Source: an uncultured Chloroflexia bacterium (GTDB lineage: Bacteria > Chloroflexota > Anaerolineae > Anaerolineales > Anaerolineaceae). Taken from it: a stretch of DNA of 32,000 nt. The stretch is taken from NCBI GenBank assembly GCA_963704755.1, contig OY969938.1, forward strand, positions 1,590,001 to 1,622,000, in the 5' to 3' direction. Below, in pieces: positions 24,518 to 32,000 of the stretch. The notes under the pieces were generated by a model, which searched no databases, was not told the origin of the DNA, and saw nothing but the letters and a program-made list of their open reading frames with translations. The translations under genes and the position numbers were made by a program. Positions within the stretch are counted from its first letter, which is position 1. The number at the start of each line of letters is the position of its first letter.

Positions 24518-25609
24518 TCAAGGCGTCGCTTCGGGGGAAGCTTGCTCCATCTGCGGGATCGCCTCGGAGAACACCTGCACACTGGCAATGGGACTGCCGG
24601 TGGAATAGACCACGAAGCTGTAATCCATACTACTGCCGGCAGAAAGCGGCTGGCCAGGCTCCCAGGTGCGTAAGCCGATAATGTGCCCGTCCTGATCGTA
24701 AGCCACCCCGGCCACCGTGACTACCCCGGCCGCGGGCTGGCCGTCGCCCAACTGGACCGTCCCGCTGACCTCAGCCGAAAGGCCATCGGCGGCAATTTTT
24801 ACCTGGGGGGTATCTTCGCTCAGCGCCAGGTAACGGCCGGCGTCGGTCGGGATCGGCAGCGCGCTCAGCAGTTCGACGCTGGCGTCAAAATTTTGCGGCG
24901 CCGGCGCGGCGAAAAACGCCGCCAGGGGCAAAGACCCGCCGGCCGGGAGCCGGTTCAAGGGCGGATAAGCTTCCTGGGTGACCAATGCGCCGCTGTCCTT
25001 GTCCAGCAAGTGGATGGCAGCCGAGACCCCTTCCACGTCGAAAGCCTGCGAATTGCCGGCGCTGGTAAAGCACCACAGCCCGTCCGAAGCCGTACCGGTG
25101 CACACCGGCTGGTCCAGGTGCAGGCTGACCGGGGTCGGTTGGGGCGGATTCTTGGGATCGATCGTCGGCGTGTATTGCGGCGCAGGGATCAGCAGGGTGG
25201 TACCGACGGTCATGGCCCGCGGGTTGACGGTGGGGTTGGCGGTGAGCAGGTCGTCCAGAGTGACGCCGTAGCGAAAGGCAATACCCCACAAATCCTCATT
25301 TTTGGCCACCACATGGGTGCGCGGGGTAGGCGTCGCCGAGGGCAGCGGCGTGGGGGTATCCGGGTTGGTCGGAGTAGGCGTCAGCGTACGGGTGGGGCCG
25401 GCATAGGGCACCAGCGTCCCCGGCCGGGTAGCGCTGGCGGTCGGCTGGAGCGGCGTGGGCTCTGCCGGGCTGCAAGCGCCCAACAGCAGCGCAGTCAGGA
25501 TAATCATTGATCCGAGAAGGGAACGTCCCGGCAACAGCCAGGTGCGCCCCGCCTTTTTTGGGAATTTACAGTTCACGATACGGGAATTTTTTCCTCTCCC
25601 GGCGCTCAA
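24518..25609 (-). CDS. lipoprotein with Pro/Thr linker, LysM domain and C-terminal domain of unknown function
   Basis: 363-aa ORF (TTG at 25609; real start is uncertain, possibly ATG 25507). Lipobox LLLGAC. LysM: HVVAKNEDLWGIAFRYGVTLDDLLTANP. Confidence 0.75.
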   Translation of the reverse strand: MSAGRGKNSRIVNCKFPKKAGRTWLLPGRSLLGSMIILTALLLGACSPAEPTPLQPTASATRPGTLVPYAGPTRTLTPTPTNPDTPTPLPSATPTPRTHVVAKNEDLWGIAFRYGVTLDDLLTANPTVNPRAMTVGTTLLIPAPQYTPTIDPKNPPQPTPVSLHLDQPVCTGTASDGLWCFTSAGNSQAFDVEGVSAAIHLLDKDSGALVTQEAYPPLNRLPAGGSLPLAAFFAAPAPQNFDASVELLSALPIPTDAGRYLALSEDTPQVKIAADGLSAEVSGTVQLGDGQPAAGVVTVAGVAYDQDGHIIGLRTWEPGQPLSAGSSMDYSFVVYSTGSPIASVQVFSEAIPQMEQASPEATP

Positions 25610-25742
25610 TGCCGCATGACTTTCTCAAGAAAAAGGTTGCATCGCGACCCTGGTGCGCAGCATGCCCCTTGGACAAAAAGCAGCCAGGGTTCGCGATGAC
25701 AAAATTCTTGGTTCCTGTCAAGAGAACTTGAGAACGCCATAC

Positions 25743-26141
25743 TCAATGAAGCAGGTCGGTGCGATCCTGCAAATTTCCGGCCAGGTAAGCGGCCAAAGCT
25801 TCCGGGATAAATTCCAACTCGGTAACGATCGGCTGGATGTTGAAAGTCTTCATACTTTCGTAAGCACCCCGGCCCATACCACCGCAGATAAGCACCTGGC
25901 AGTCCGCGATGACCTCGGCCATGCTTTTGTGGACGTCCTGAGAGGCCTGGTCGAACCCATGAGGTTGGCCCATGACGTGCTCGTGGGCTCCGCCATGCGG
26001 GCCGTGCTCATGGCCTGGCTTGGCGCGAATCTCTTGCTGGGCAACTTTGCTATCCTCGACCGTCAGAACCAGGTAATTTTTTGCACGACCAAAATGCCGG
26101 CTGATCGATTCGCCGTCATCCGTAACGATTGCGATTTTCAT
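25743..26141 (-). CDS. NifB/NifX-family (dinitrogenase FeMo-cofactor biosynthesis-like domain) protein with His-rich insert
   Basis: ORF 25743..26237. Preferred start is ATG 26141 (GGAG 6 nt upstream): MKIAIVTDDGESISRHFGRAKNYLVLTV..CQVLICGGMGRGAYESM. Insert is KPGHEHGPHGGAHEHVMGQPHG. Confidence 0.7.
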   Translation of the reverse strand: MKIAIVTDDGESISRHFGRAKNYLVLTVEDSKVAQQEIRAKPGHEHGPHGGAHEHVMGQPHGFDQASQDVHKSMAEVIADCQVLICGGMGRGAYESMKTFNIQPIVTELEFIPEALAAYLAGNLQDRTDLLH

Positions 26142-26417
26142 ATTTGTCTCCAGAAACCAGCACAACTTGTTGTTTTTCTGCCCGTGTTTGTGGGCAGTGA
26201 TTTTTGAACGGATTAGAATTCCGGTTGCTTGAGGCACTTTTCCCGCGTGCCTGCTTTAAAGTCAGGGAAATTTCCCGATCTGCCCGGGTAAGGGTATTCG
26301 AACAGGTTTTCCCTGGCCAGAATGAAGGGTCTTCATCTGGCAATACTTGCATTTTATCACCGAAAATGGCGCTTTTCAGGCACGCGAATTCCCGCCTACA
26401 ATCACCCTACTCCTTCG

Positions 26418-26560
26418 CAGGGCGATTGCAGCTTGCCCGCATTTCGAGGGCAATTCCCCCAAGAATAGGTTTTTTGAGTGTTATGGTGGGGCTACGCCCT
26501 ACCATAACACTCAAAATTATCTCTCTATTGGGACTAAATTGGCATGATGCGATTGCCCTA
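26418..26560 (+). mobile_element. MITE-like structured repeat, copy C (143 bp)
   Basis: Flanked by the 10-bp duplication TACTCCTTCG (26408..26417, 26561..26570). Aligns over its full length with copies A and B. Confidence 0.85.
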
Positions 26561-26644
26561 TACTCCTTCGTTTATGGACTTGACAAGAACAACAATTAGA
26601 ACGACAATAGAATAAATTTTCTATACACAGAGTAGATATGCGCC

Positions 26645-27085
26645 ATGACCCGTTTGATCATCTTCCCCAACGAAAGCGCCCAGGTAACCCTGGACAGCTC
26701 CATACCCGCCAGCGAACTGGTTCAGGCCATCAATAATGGAAAATGGCAGCCTCCTGGACAGGCCGGTGATATACCCTTAGGCATACGCCTGCAAGCCGTC
26801 CGCCTGGGACGCAGCACCGTGCTGGCTTACTTGCCCAACGAACCGGCTAACGCAGCCGGCAGCGCCGCCCGCTCGGTCACGCTTACCCCGCGCCAACTGG
26901 CCATCTTGCAGTGCCTGGCAGAAGGCCTGACCGTTCAACAGGTCAGCTTGCGGTTAGGGCTGTCGCGCCGCACCGTCTTCTTGCACCTGGCCGCTATCCG
27001 CCGCAACCTGAACGCCGTGACCACCCAGGAAGCCCTGTTACGGGCTGCCGCGCTGGGCCTTTGCCGCCTGCCGCCACGTCAATGA
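26645..27085 (+). CDS. LuxR/GerE-type HTH transcriptional regulator with uncharacterised N-terminal domain
   Basis: 146 aa. C-terminal LTPRQLAILQCLAEGLTVQQVSLRLGLSRRTVFLHLAAIRRNL matches the GerE HTH pattern. Confidence 0.75.
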   Translation: MTRLIIFPNESAQVTLDSSIPASELVQAINNGKWQPPGQAGDIPLGIRLQAVRLGRSTVLAYLPNEPANAAGSAARSVTLTPRQLAILQCLAEGLTVQQVSLRLGLSRRTVFLHLAAIRRNLNAVTTQEALLRAAALGLCRLPPRQ

Positions 27086-27170
27086 CCCATCGCCTGGCCG
27101 GTCGCGGAAATTTGTATCCACCCTTCCCAAACTGGCAGTGCAGCGACAAACACCACGCCGGTTTCAGGTT

Positions 27171-27200
27171 GATGGCTTTCTCAAGAAAGCCATCATTTTA
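27171..27200 (+). terminator. hairpin after the LuxR-type gene (weak terminator)
   Basis: gatggcttt-ctcaag-aaagccatc followed by atttta. Confidence 0.45.
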
Positions 27201-27213
27201 GGCCGCCGAATAG

Positions 27214-27242
27214 TTGACAGCATCTGGCAGGCAAGGTATCCT
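27214..27242 (+). promoter_or_regulatory. promoter directly in front of xseA (predicts a leaderless or near-leaderless mRNA)
   Basis: TTGACA (27214..27219), 17-nt spacer, TATCCT (27237..27242). ATGs at 27247 and 27253. Confidence 0.45.
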
Positions 27243-27246
27243 ATCC

Positions 27247-28491
27247 ATGCACATGGACCAGCTCACCTTTTTCGTACCGCCATCCATAACCGTCAGCGAA
27301 CTAACCCATTATTTACGCCAGTTGTTGGAAAGCGACGACATCTTGCGAGACGTGTGGGTTCAAGGGGAAATATCCAACCTGTCTCGCCCGAGCTCCGGTC
27401 ACCTTTACTTTACACTCAAAGACACCAGCGCGGCCTTGCACTGTGTTATCTGGCGCACGACCGCCCAGCATATCCGCGCGGAAATCCAGAATGGGTTGGC
27501 TGTAGAAGCCCACGGCCACCTCAGCCTGTACGAACGCGACGGCCAGTACCAGCTTTACGTGGATGCCTTACGCCCGGCCGGCGCCGGCACGCTTTACCAG
27601 GAATTCCTGCGCCTCAAAGCCCGCTTAGAGGCAGAGGGGCTTTTCGATACCGAGCGCAAGCGCCCTATCCCCGCCCTGCCGCAGCGGATTGGCATCGTCA
27701 CTTCGGCCACCGGGGCAGCTTTACAAGATATGTTGAACACCCTGCGCCGGCGTTACCGCCTGGCCCGGGTGATCCTTGCGCCGGCAGCCGTCCAGGGCGA
27801 CGAAGCGCCGGCCCAGATTGTAGCCGCCATCGAACGCCTGAACCGCGTCGCTGCGCCGGATGTGATCCTGGTCGCCCGCGGAGGCGGCTCATTGGAAGAC
27901 CTGTGGGCTTTTAACGACGAAGGCGTGGTCCGGGCGATCGTTGCATCCCGCGCGCCGGTGATCAGCGGAGTGGGCCACGAGACCGATTTCACCCTGGCCG
28001 ATTTTGCCGCCGATCTGCGCGCTCCTACCCCGACCGGCGCCGCCGAGCTGGCCACGCCTAACACAGCCGATTTACAGCTCACGCTGCACGACCGGCTGGA
28101 GCGGCTGGATGAATTAATGGACACTTCGCTCGAGCGTGCCAGGCGCGACTACCGCGAGTTGTCGAACAGCCTGCAAAGATATTCGCCCTTTTACCAGATC
28201 CAGACCGGACGCCAGCAACTGGATGGGCTGGTGAACCGGCAGTTGCTGGCCGCATCCAACGACATCCGCCTGCGCCGGGTCAACTTGAACGGGATTTACA
28301 GCCGTCTGCGAGCCCTGGATCCGCTGGCCGTTTTGGGCCGCGGCTACGCGGTAGTGCGCGGACCGGATGGCAAGATATTGGCCAGCGCCCAAAATGCCGC
28401 AGCCGGCGACGATATCTCCGTCCGCCTGGTCGACGGTGAACTCGAAGCCCGGGTCACCCAATCCCGCCCAATCCCAGACCGTGGAACATAA
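27247..28491 (+). CDS. xseA: exodeoxyribonuclease VII large subunit
   Basis: ORF 27214..28491 (its TTG start is the -35 box). Shows ..ITVSELTHYLRQLLESD..VWVQGEISN..SGHLYFTLKD (OB fold) and IGIVTSATGAALQD..ARGGGSLEDLWAFNDE. Confidence 0.9.
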   Translation: MHMDQLTFFVPPSITVSELTHYLRQLLESDDILRDVWVQGEISNLSRPSSGHLYFTLKDTSAALHCVIWRTTAQHIRAEIQNGLAVEAHGHLSLYERDGQYQLYVDALRPAGAGTLYQEFLRLKARLEAEGLFDTERKRPIPALPQRIGIVTSATGAALQDMLNTLRRRYRLARVILAPAAVQGDEAPAQIVAAIERLNRVAAPDVILVARGGGSLEDLWAFNDEGVVRAIVASRAPVISGVGHETDFTLADFAADLRAPTPTGAAELATPNTADLQLTLHDRLERLDELMDTSLERARRDYRELSNSLQRYSPFYQIQTGRQQLDGLVNRQLLAASNDIRLRRVNLNGIYSRLRALDPLAVLGRGYAVVRGPDGKILASAQNAAAGDDISVRLVDGELEARVTQSRPIPDRGT

Positions 28492-28494
28492 CCT

Positions 28495-28737
28495 ATGCCC
28501 AAAAAACCGCTACCTGTTGAAGAACTCACCTACGAACAAGCCCTGGCCGAACTGGAAAACGTCGTCGAAGCGCTGGAGACCGGCCAGCCCAGCCTGGAAG
28601 AATCGCTGGTTTTATTTGAACGGGGGCAGAGCCTGGCCCAACGCTGTGCCGGGCTGCTCGACCAGGCCGAATTGCGCATCCAAACCCTGACCGGACAAGA
28701 GCCAGACCTACCCGTAGAGGATGAGGACCAGGCCTAA
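28495..28737 (+). CDS. xseB: exodeoxyribonuclease VII small subunit
   Basis: 80 aa. TYEQALAELENVVEALETGQPSLEESLVLFERGQSLAQRC. Starts 3 nt after the xseA stop. Confidence 0.9.
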   Translation: MPKKPLPVEELTYEQALAELENVVEALETGQPSLEESLVLFERGQSLAQRCAGLLDQAELRIQTLTGQEPDLPVEDEDQA

Positions 28738-28743
28738 ACCGGA

Positions 28744-29193
28744 ATGTTGGCTGAAATTTTTTCCAACCATGTGCTCATCGCTGCCCTGATCAGTTGGTTT
28801 TTGGGCCAGTTTCTTAAAGTTCCCATCGAATACCTGGTCAAACGGCGCTGGAATTGGGCATTATGGTTTAGCAGCGGCGGCATGCCCAGCTCGCACGCCT
28901 CGCTGATGGTAACCACCACCCTCTCGATTGGGCTATATTATGGCTTTGGCTCGCCGTTGTTCGCCCTGGCTTTTGCCATCTCGATGATCGTGATCTATGA
29001 CGCCACCGGCGTGCGCCGCCAGGCCGGCTACCACGCCCAAAAAATCAACCTGCTCTTCGAAGAATTCTTCAGCGGCCGGCCCATTCCACAAGAGCGGCTC
29101 AAAGAAGTGCTCGGCCACAGCCCACGCCAGGTCGTTGGCGGCATCATCCTGGGTGTGCTGGTCGCCCTGATCGTCTTTGGCATCTGGCCGTAA
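28744..29193 (+). CDS. divergent PAP2 / DUF212 (YuiD-like, acid phosphatase/vanadium-haloperoxidase-related) membrane protein
   Basis: 149 aa. GGMPSSHASL..YDATGVRRQAGYHA..LGHSPRQVVGG pattern with 4 TM segments. Confidence 0.75.
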   Translation: MLAEIFSNHVLIAALISWFLGQFLKVPIEYLVKRRWNWALWFSSGGMPSSHASLMVTTTLSIGLYYGFGSPLFALAFAISMIVIYDATGVRRQAGYHAQKINLLFEEFFSGRPIPQERLKEVLGHSPRQVVGGIILGVLVALIVFGIWP

Positions 29194-29207
29194 TATTGCC
29201 AAAAATC

Positions 29208-29236
29208 TTGACGTTTTAGCCAGTGCGCGGTATATT
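29208..29236 (+). promoter_or_regulatory. promoter for tRNA-Arg
   Basis: TTGACG (29208..29213), 17-nt spacer, TATATT (29231..29236). The tRNA 5' end is 22 nt downstream of the -10 box. Confidence 0.55.
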
Positions 29237-29257
29237 TAACCGGCCAATTCAAGACAT

Positions 29258-29331
29258 GCCCTCGTAGCTCAATTGGACAGAGCGTTTGCTTGCGGAGCAA
29301 AAGGTTACAGATTCGAGTTCTGTCGGGGGCA
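29258..29331 (+). tRNA. tRNA-Arg, anticodon GCG
   Basis: Hand-folded cloverleaf: acceptor GCCCTCG/CGGGGGC, D arm GCTC-AATTGGACA-GAGC, anticodon arm TTTGC-TTGCGGA-GCAAA, variable loop AGGTT, T arm ACAGA-TTCGAGT-TCTGT, discriminator A. A20, C35 and G36 fit Arg identity. No encoded CCA. Confidence 0.88.
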
Positions 29332-29332
29332 C

Positions 29333-29478
29333 TAGTAAGCTATCAATTGGCAGAGAATAGTTCGAGTTCAGCCTCCCTTGAGGGGGTTTTTGTTATCGGG
29401 GGCACTAGTAAATCATCAATTGGCAGGAAATAGTTCGAGTTCAGCCCCCCTTGAGGGGGTTTTTGCTATCGGGGGCAC
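29333..29478 (+). repeat. two tandem 73-bp tRNA-derived units, each ending in the tRNA 3' acceptor sequence TCGGGGGCAC
   Basis: Units are 29333..29405 and 29406..29478. Each carries D-arm-like and T-arm-like stretches plus a C-rich/G-rich hairpin with a T5 run. Confidence 0.85.
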
Positions 29479-29762
29479 TGAGGAAAACGGCAAATCTAGC
29501 GGTTTGGTCGTTTTTTGTTGCCTATGTTTGGGGGTAAGGGATAGAAGAGACGGGTTATGCTGCCCCAAAAAGGGATTGCTGTTGCAGATTTCTATTAATT
29601 GCGTTTTCAGTATTGTGGTAAGAAGATTTTGTTAAATAATCTCTTTACCGAGAGCAAATGATGACCGAATGAGTATAATAAATATTGGGGGGAAAATAAG
29701 AAAACCCTCCGAAAATCCTATAAAAATATCGCTGTTTCGAAATTCTGTGCAATTTGATTAAA

Positions 29763-30446
29763 ATGCATTCTCATCGCTCCCAACAGACTCATTCGTCCAC
29801 GATTAGAAGAGAAGCAGAATGGAAATTAATATCCATCAATCTGTTTTGCATATTCACGCTTCTCCTCACAGACTGCACGATCAAGCCAGCCGCTCAACTT
29901 GCCGCAACAGAACTACCACCATCACCCAGCCCTTCTATTTCAATGCCCATACCGGTTGAGACAAACACTGTTTTCCAAAGACAGTCCCCCACCCTTACCC
30001 CCAATCCGTTGGCGACGAACGATTTTGAATATCACCCAACCGAATACTACCAAGGGCTGCCGGTGATACCTGATCAGCCACTTCTGGTATCTCCTACGGA
30101 TGTTCAACCGCCTTTATTTCCGCAGTCCGATTATGCTTTACATGCTCCCTCCGAGCAAGAACTCAACCGACAAATCTACATGCAGCTTGCCGATGATCGG
30201 AACGATTATCGTTACTTCGAATTCACCTTATTCAAATTTTCGCCAATCGCTTCGACAGGAATTTCTGTTGCGTTTTCAAGATTCGAACAACCTGGACAAA
30301 ATGCGCTGGAGCTACGTGCTGCAAGACCCTCTGGATCCGATCTCCAGCCCAGGATTGAGCACACAGGACGTTTTTGCTTCTTTGTTGGAAGAGGAACTGG
30401 AAACCGGTCAAACCACTATCGATACACTCGCTGCCTGGCTTTATGA
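29763..30446 (+). CDS. N-terminal (signal/anchor + Pro-rich) part of a large secreted protein; probably continuous with the next ORF via a frame disruption
   Basis: ORF 29754..30446 (TTG) with ATG 29763. Hydrophobic segment LISINLFCIFTLLLTDC, then a Pro/Ser/Thr-rich stretch. The tail after about 30240-30300 looks non-protein-like. AT-rich region. Confidence 0.5.
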   Translation: MHSHRSQQTHSSTIRREAEWKLISINLFCIFTLLLTDCTIKPAAQLAATELPPSPSPSISMPIPVETNTVFQRQSPTLTPNPLATNDFEYHPTEYYQGLPVIPDQPLLVSPTDVQPPLFPQSDYALHAPSEQELNRQIYMQLADDRNDYRYFEFTLFKFSPIASTGISVAFSRFEQPGQNALELRAARPSGSDLQPRIEHTGRFCFFVGRGTGNRSNHYRYTRCLAL

Positions 30447-32000
30447 TCGTGGATTCAAAGCGGTAGTATTTGCACCCGTTCAGAATCTGCTTGGGAAGGA
30501 AAAAAACGGGTATGTCTTACAGGTTATGATTGATGCAAATTCGATAGATAATTTCTATCTGTCAAGATTTTATACAGCGGTTTATGCACTCTATCAGGAT
30601 ACAGATAAAAAATTTCATTTGGCCAAAGTTTCCCCGTGGGCATTGCAATATCACAATTGGATAGATATTATCTCGGTTGATGACGTCAATTCCGATGATA
30701 AAGCCGACATTGCCATCAAATCTGAGGGTTTCCCTGGCGGAGGTGACGCTGGCGCGTGTTTCTCGCACGTAGACATCTATAGCTGGAACGATCAGGCGGT
30801 TGGCTTCGTGAACCTTGGGGATGATATTCCTATATTTTATGGCTATCAAGATAACTGTACCAACAACTGGCAATTCGGAAAAGTTGACGAAAATGGCAGC
30901 CAACCGCTCATCGTCACTTCACAGTTTTATTTCGAAAAGAGTGGCTCGCAAGAAGTTGAATGCCCACCGTATCAATTGCAGACTACATATTTTTGGGCCG
31001 GTGAACGTTTTACGAAAGGCGAAGTTAATACATTAGCACTCAATGAGGATACCGACCCGTCCTGTAAAATCGCCTGGGCAGTTAACGGAAATTATCAAAA
31101 CGACCAGGCGCTAGATATTTTGAAATCCGCATTGGAAGATCCCCAAAATGAGCAAGATATTATTGATGCGCTCGGCCCCAACGGGATCGATTATATTCGC
31201 TTCTTATTAGCGATTTGGCTAGATCAGCGCAATGAAGATGCGCAAGCTGACATCTTCCTTCAGGAAATTCCTGAACCGGATCCTACTACAACCGCCATGG
31301 ACTTGCTTCAATTAGCCCAAATTTATCGAGAGGCAAGAAACCATAAAGGAAAGTTAACTGCCTGCCTAAACGTTGATCAAAAATTAGCCCAGGCAGCCTT
31401 GGATATAGAGGGAGATAAATACCTGGCATTATTGCATGCCTTACAGGGGATGCTGGCGCTAAAGGATATCCTGGGATTGGTTCCGGCAGTCTGGGCACAG
31501 AGCTGGTCTTTCAGTATTTGCGATCCGGTACCTACTCTAGAAGCCGAACTGGCAAAAGTAAATCCAATGACAACTGGCGAAATGTCCGCCTGGCTGGTTC
31601 GAAATGATATTCCACCTCAACGAATACAGCAAAGCGATTTGGACGGCGATGGCCGGCAGGATTGGTTGGTGGTCATTCCTGCCCTTCAAAACATCGATCC
31701 AGTATGGTCCATTTATGAAATTTGGGGCTTCCTTCAACAAGACTCAGGGTTGAAGCCTGTTTTCATTGGAAGGGATGATTTAACACCTTCCACATCGATG
31801 CAATGGGAATCGATCACAACGCCGGGGTTACTCCAACCCCAAAACATTCTCCTGGTGGACAACCGACTTTTTATACTCCAGATCAATAACCCTGTTAATC
31901 CGGCAACCGTCGAGAGTTTTCTTCCGAGATACCAGGGATTTCTGTATGATGTCAGTGCTTTTTCCATCTCATCAGATAATGTGAATCCGGAAATACAAGT
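30301..32000 (+). CDS. large secreted protein with FG-GAP/VCBS-like DxDxDG loops; 3' end beyond the window
   Basis: I checked the frame codon by codon: it is open from 30067 to the window end. It is absent from the ORF track because it has no stop. Contains DVNSDDKADIAI and DLDGDGRQDWLVV. The ATG at 30301 may be internal. Confidence 0.7.
   Translation, partial: MRWSYVLQDPLDPISSPGLSTQDVFASLLEEELETGQTTIDTLAAWLYDRGFKAVVFAPVQNLLGKEKNGYVLQVMIDANSIDNFYLSRFYTAVYALYQDTDKKFHLAKVSPWALQYHNWIDIISVDDVNSDDKADIAIKSEGFPGGGDAGACFSHVDIYSWNDQAVGFVNLGDDIPIFYGYQDNCTNNWQFGKVDENGSQPLIVTSQFYFEKSGSQEVECPPYQLQTTYFWAGERFTKGEVNTLALNEDTDPSCKIAWAVNGNYQNDQALDILKSALEDPQNEQDIIDALGPNGIDYIRFLLAIWLDQRNEDAQADIFLQEIPEPDPTTTAMDLLQLAQIYREARNHKGKLTACLNVDQKLAQAALDIEGDKYLALLHALQGMLALKDILGLVPAVWAQSWSFSICDPVPTLEAELAKVNPMTTGEMSAWLVRNDIPPQRIQQSDLDGDGRQDWLVVIPALQNIDPVWSIYEIWGFLQQDSGLKPVFIGRDDLTPSTSMQWESITTPGLLQPQNILLVDNRLFILQINNPVNPATVESFLPRYQGFLYDVSAFSISSDNVNPEIQ

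Noticed and set aside
29333-29478. Considered whether the 73-bp tandem units (and the 15-bp x3 repeat at 24323..24367) could be a CRISPR array.
   Set aside because: The units are directly adjacent with no unique spacers. There are only 2-3 copies, no cas genes are present, and the units are clearly derived from the adjacent tRNA.
29378-29635. 85-aa plus-strand ORF running through the tRNA-derived repeats.
   Set aside because: It is a translation of repeat DNA with no RBS. Its repeated peptide segments simply mirror the tandem units.

Overview
Bacterial chromosomal segment, mostly about 55-60% GC by eye. The protein content (Pro/Thr-rich linkers, LysM/LCP envelope proteins, short EF-Ts, acidic-tailed S2) suggests a Chloroflexota/Anaerolineae-like organism; this is inference only. 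Core genes recognised from the translations: cysK-cysE, a Trm112-like gene, an LCP (LytR-CpsA-Psr) gene, dnaK, rpsB-tsf-pyrH, surE, two CBS-pair proteins, an ArsB/NhaD-type permease, an SDR epimerase, xseA-xseB, a DUF212/PAP2-like gene and tRNA-Arg(GCG). There is also a run of four LiaF-TM-like membrane proteins and several secreted proteins or lipoproteins (CAP+LysM, LGFP-like repeats, LysM lipoprotein, FG-GAP-like). Accessory or unusual content: (1) one rve-type IS with 10-bp direct repeats and 56/57-nt bipartite inverted ends; (2) three copies of a 142-143-bp MITE-like structured element, each flanked by a 10-bp target-site duplication; (3) a second dispersed repeat of about 80-110 bp; (4) two tandem 73-bp tRNA-derived units behind tRNA-Arg, at the border of an AT-richer segment; (5) several very long perfect palindromes; (6) a Cys-codon-rich uORF/attenuator candidate in the ~370-nt cysK leader. 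At least six single-base, homopolymer-associated frame disruptions interrupt five genes, including dnaK. This looks more like assembly or sequencing indels than biology. No rRNA, CRISPR array or recognisable defence/toxin module was seen. I did not find a convincing novel multi-gene system; the most novel-looking signals are the non-coding elements. All calls come from manual reading of the sequence and ORF track, with no database search.
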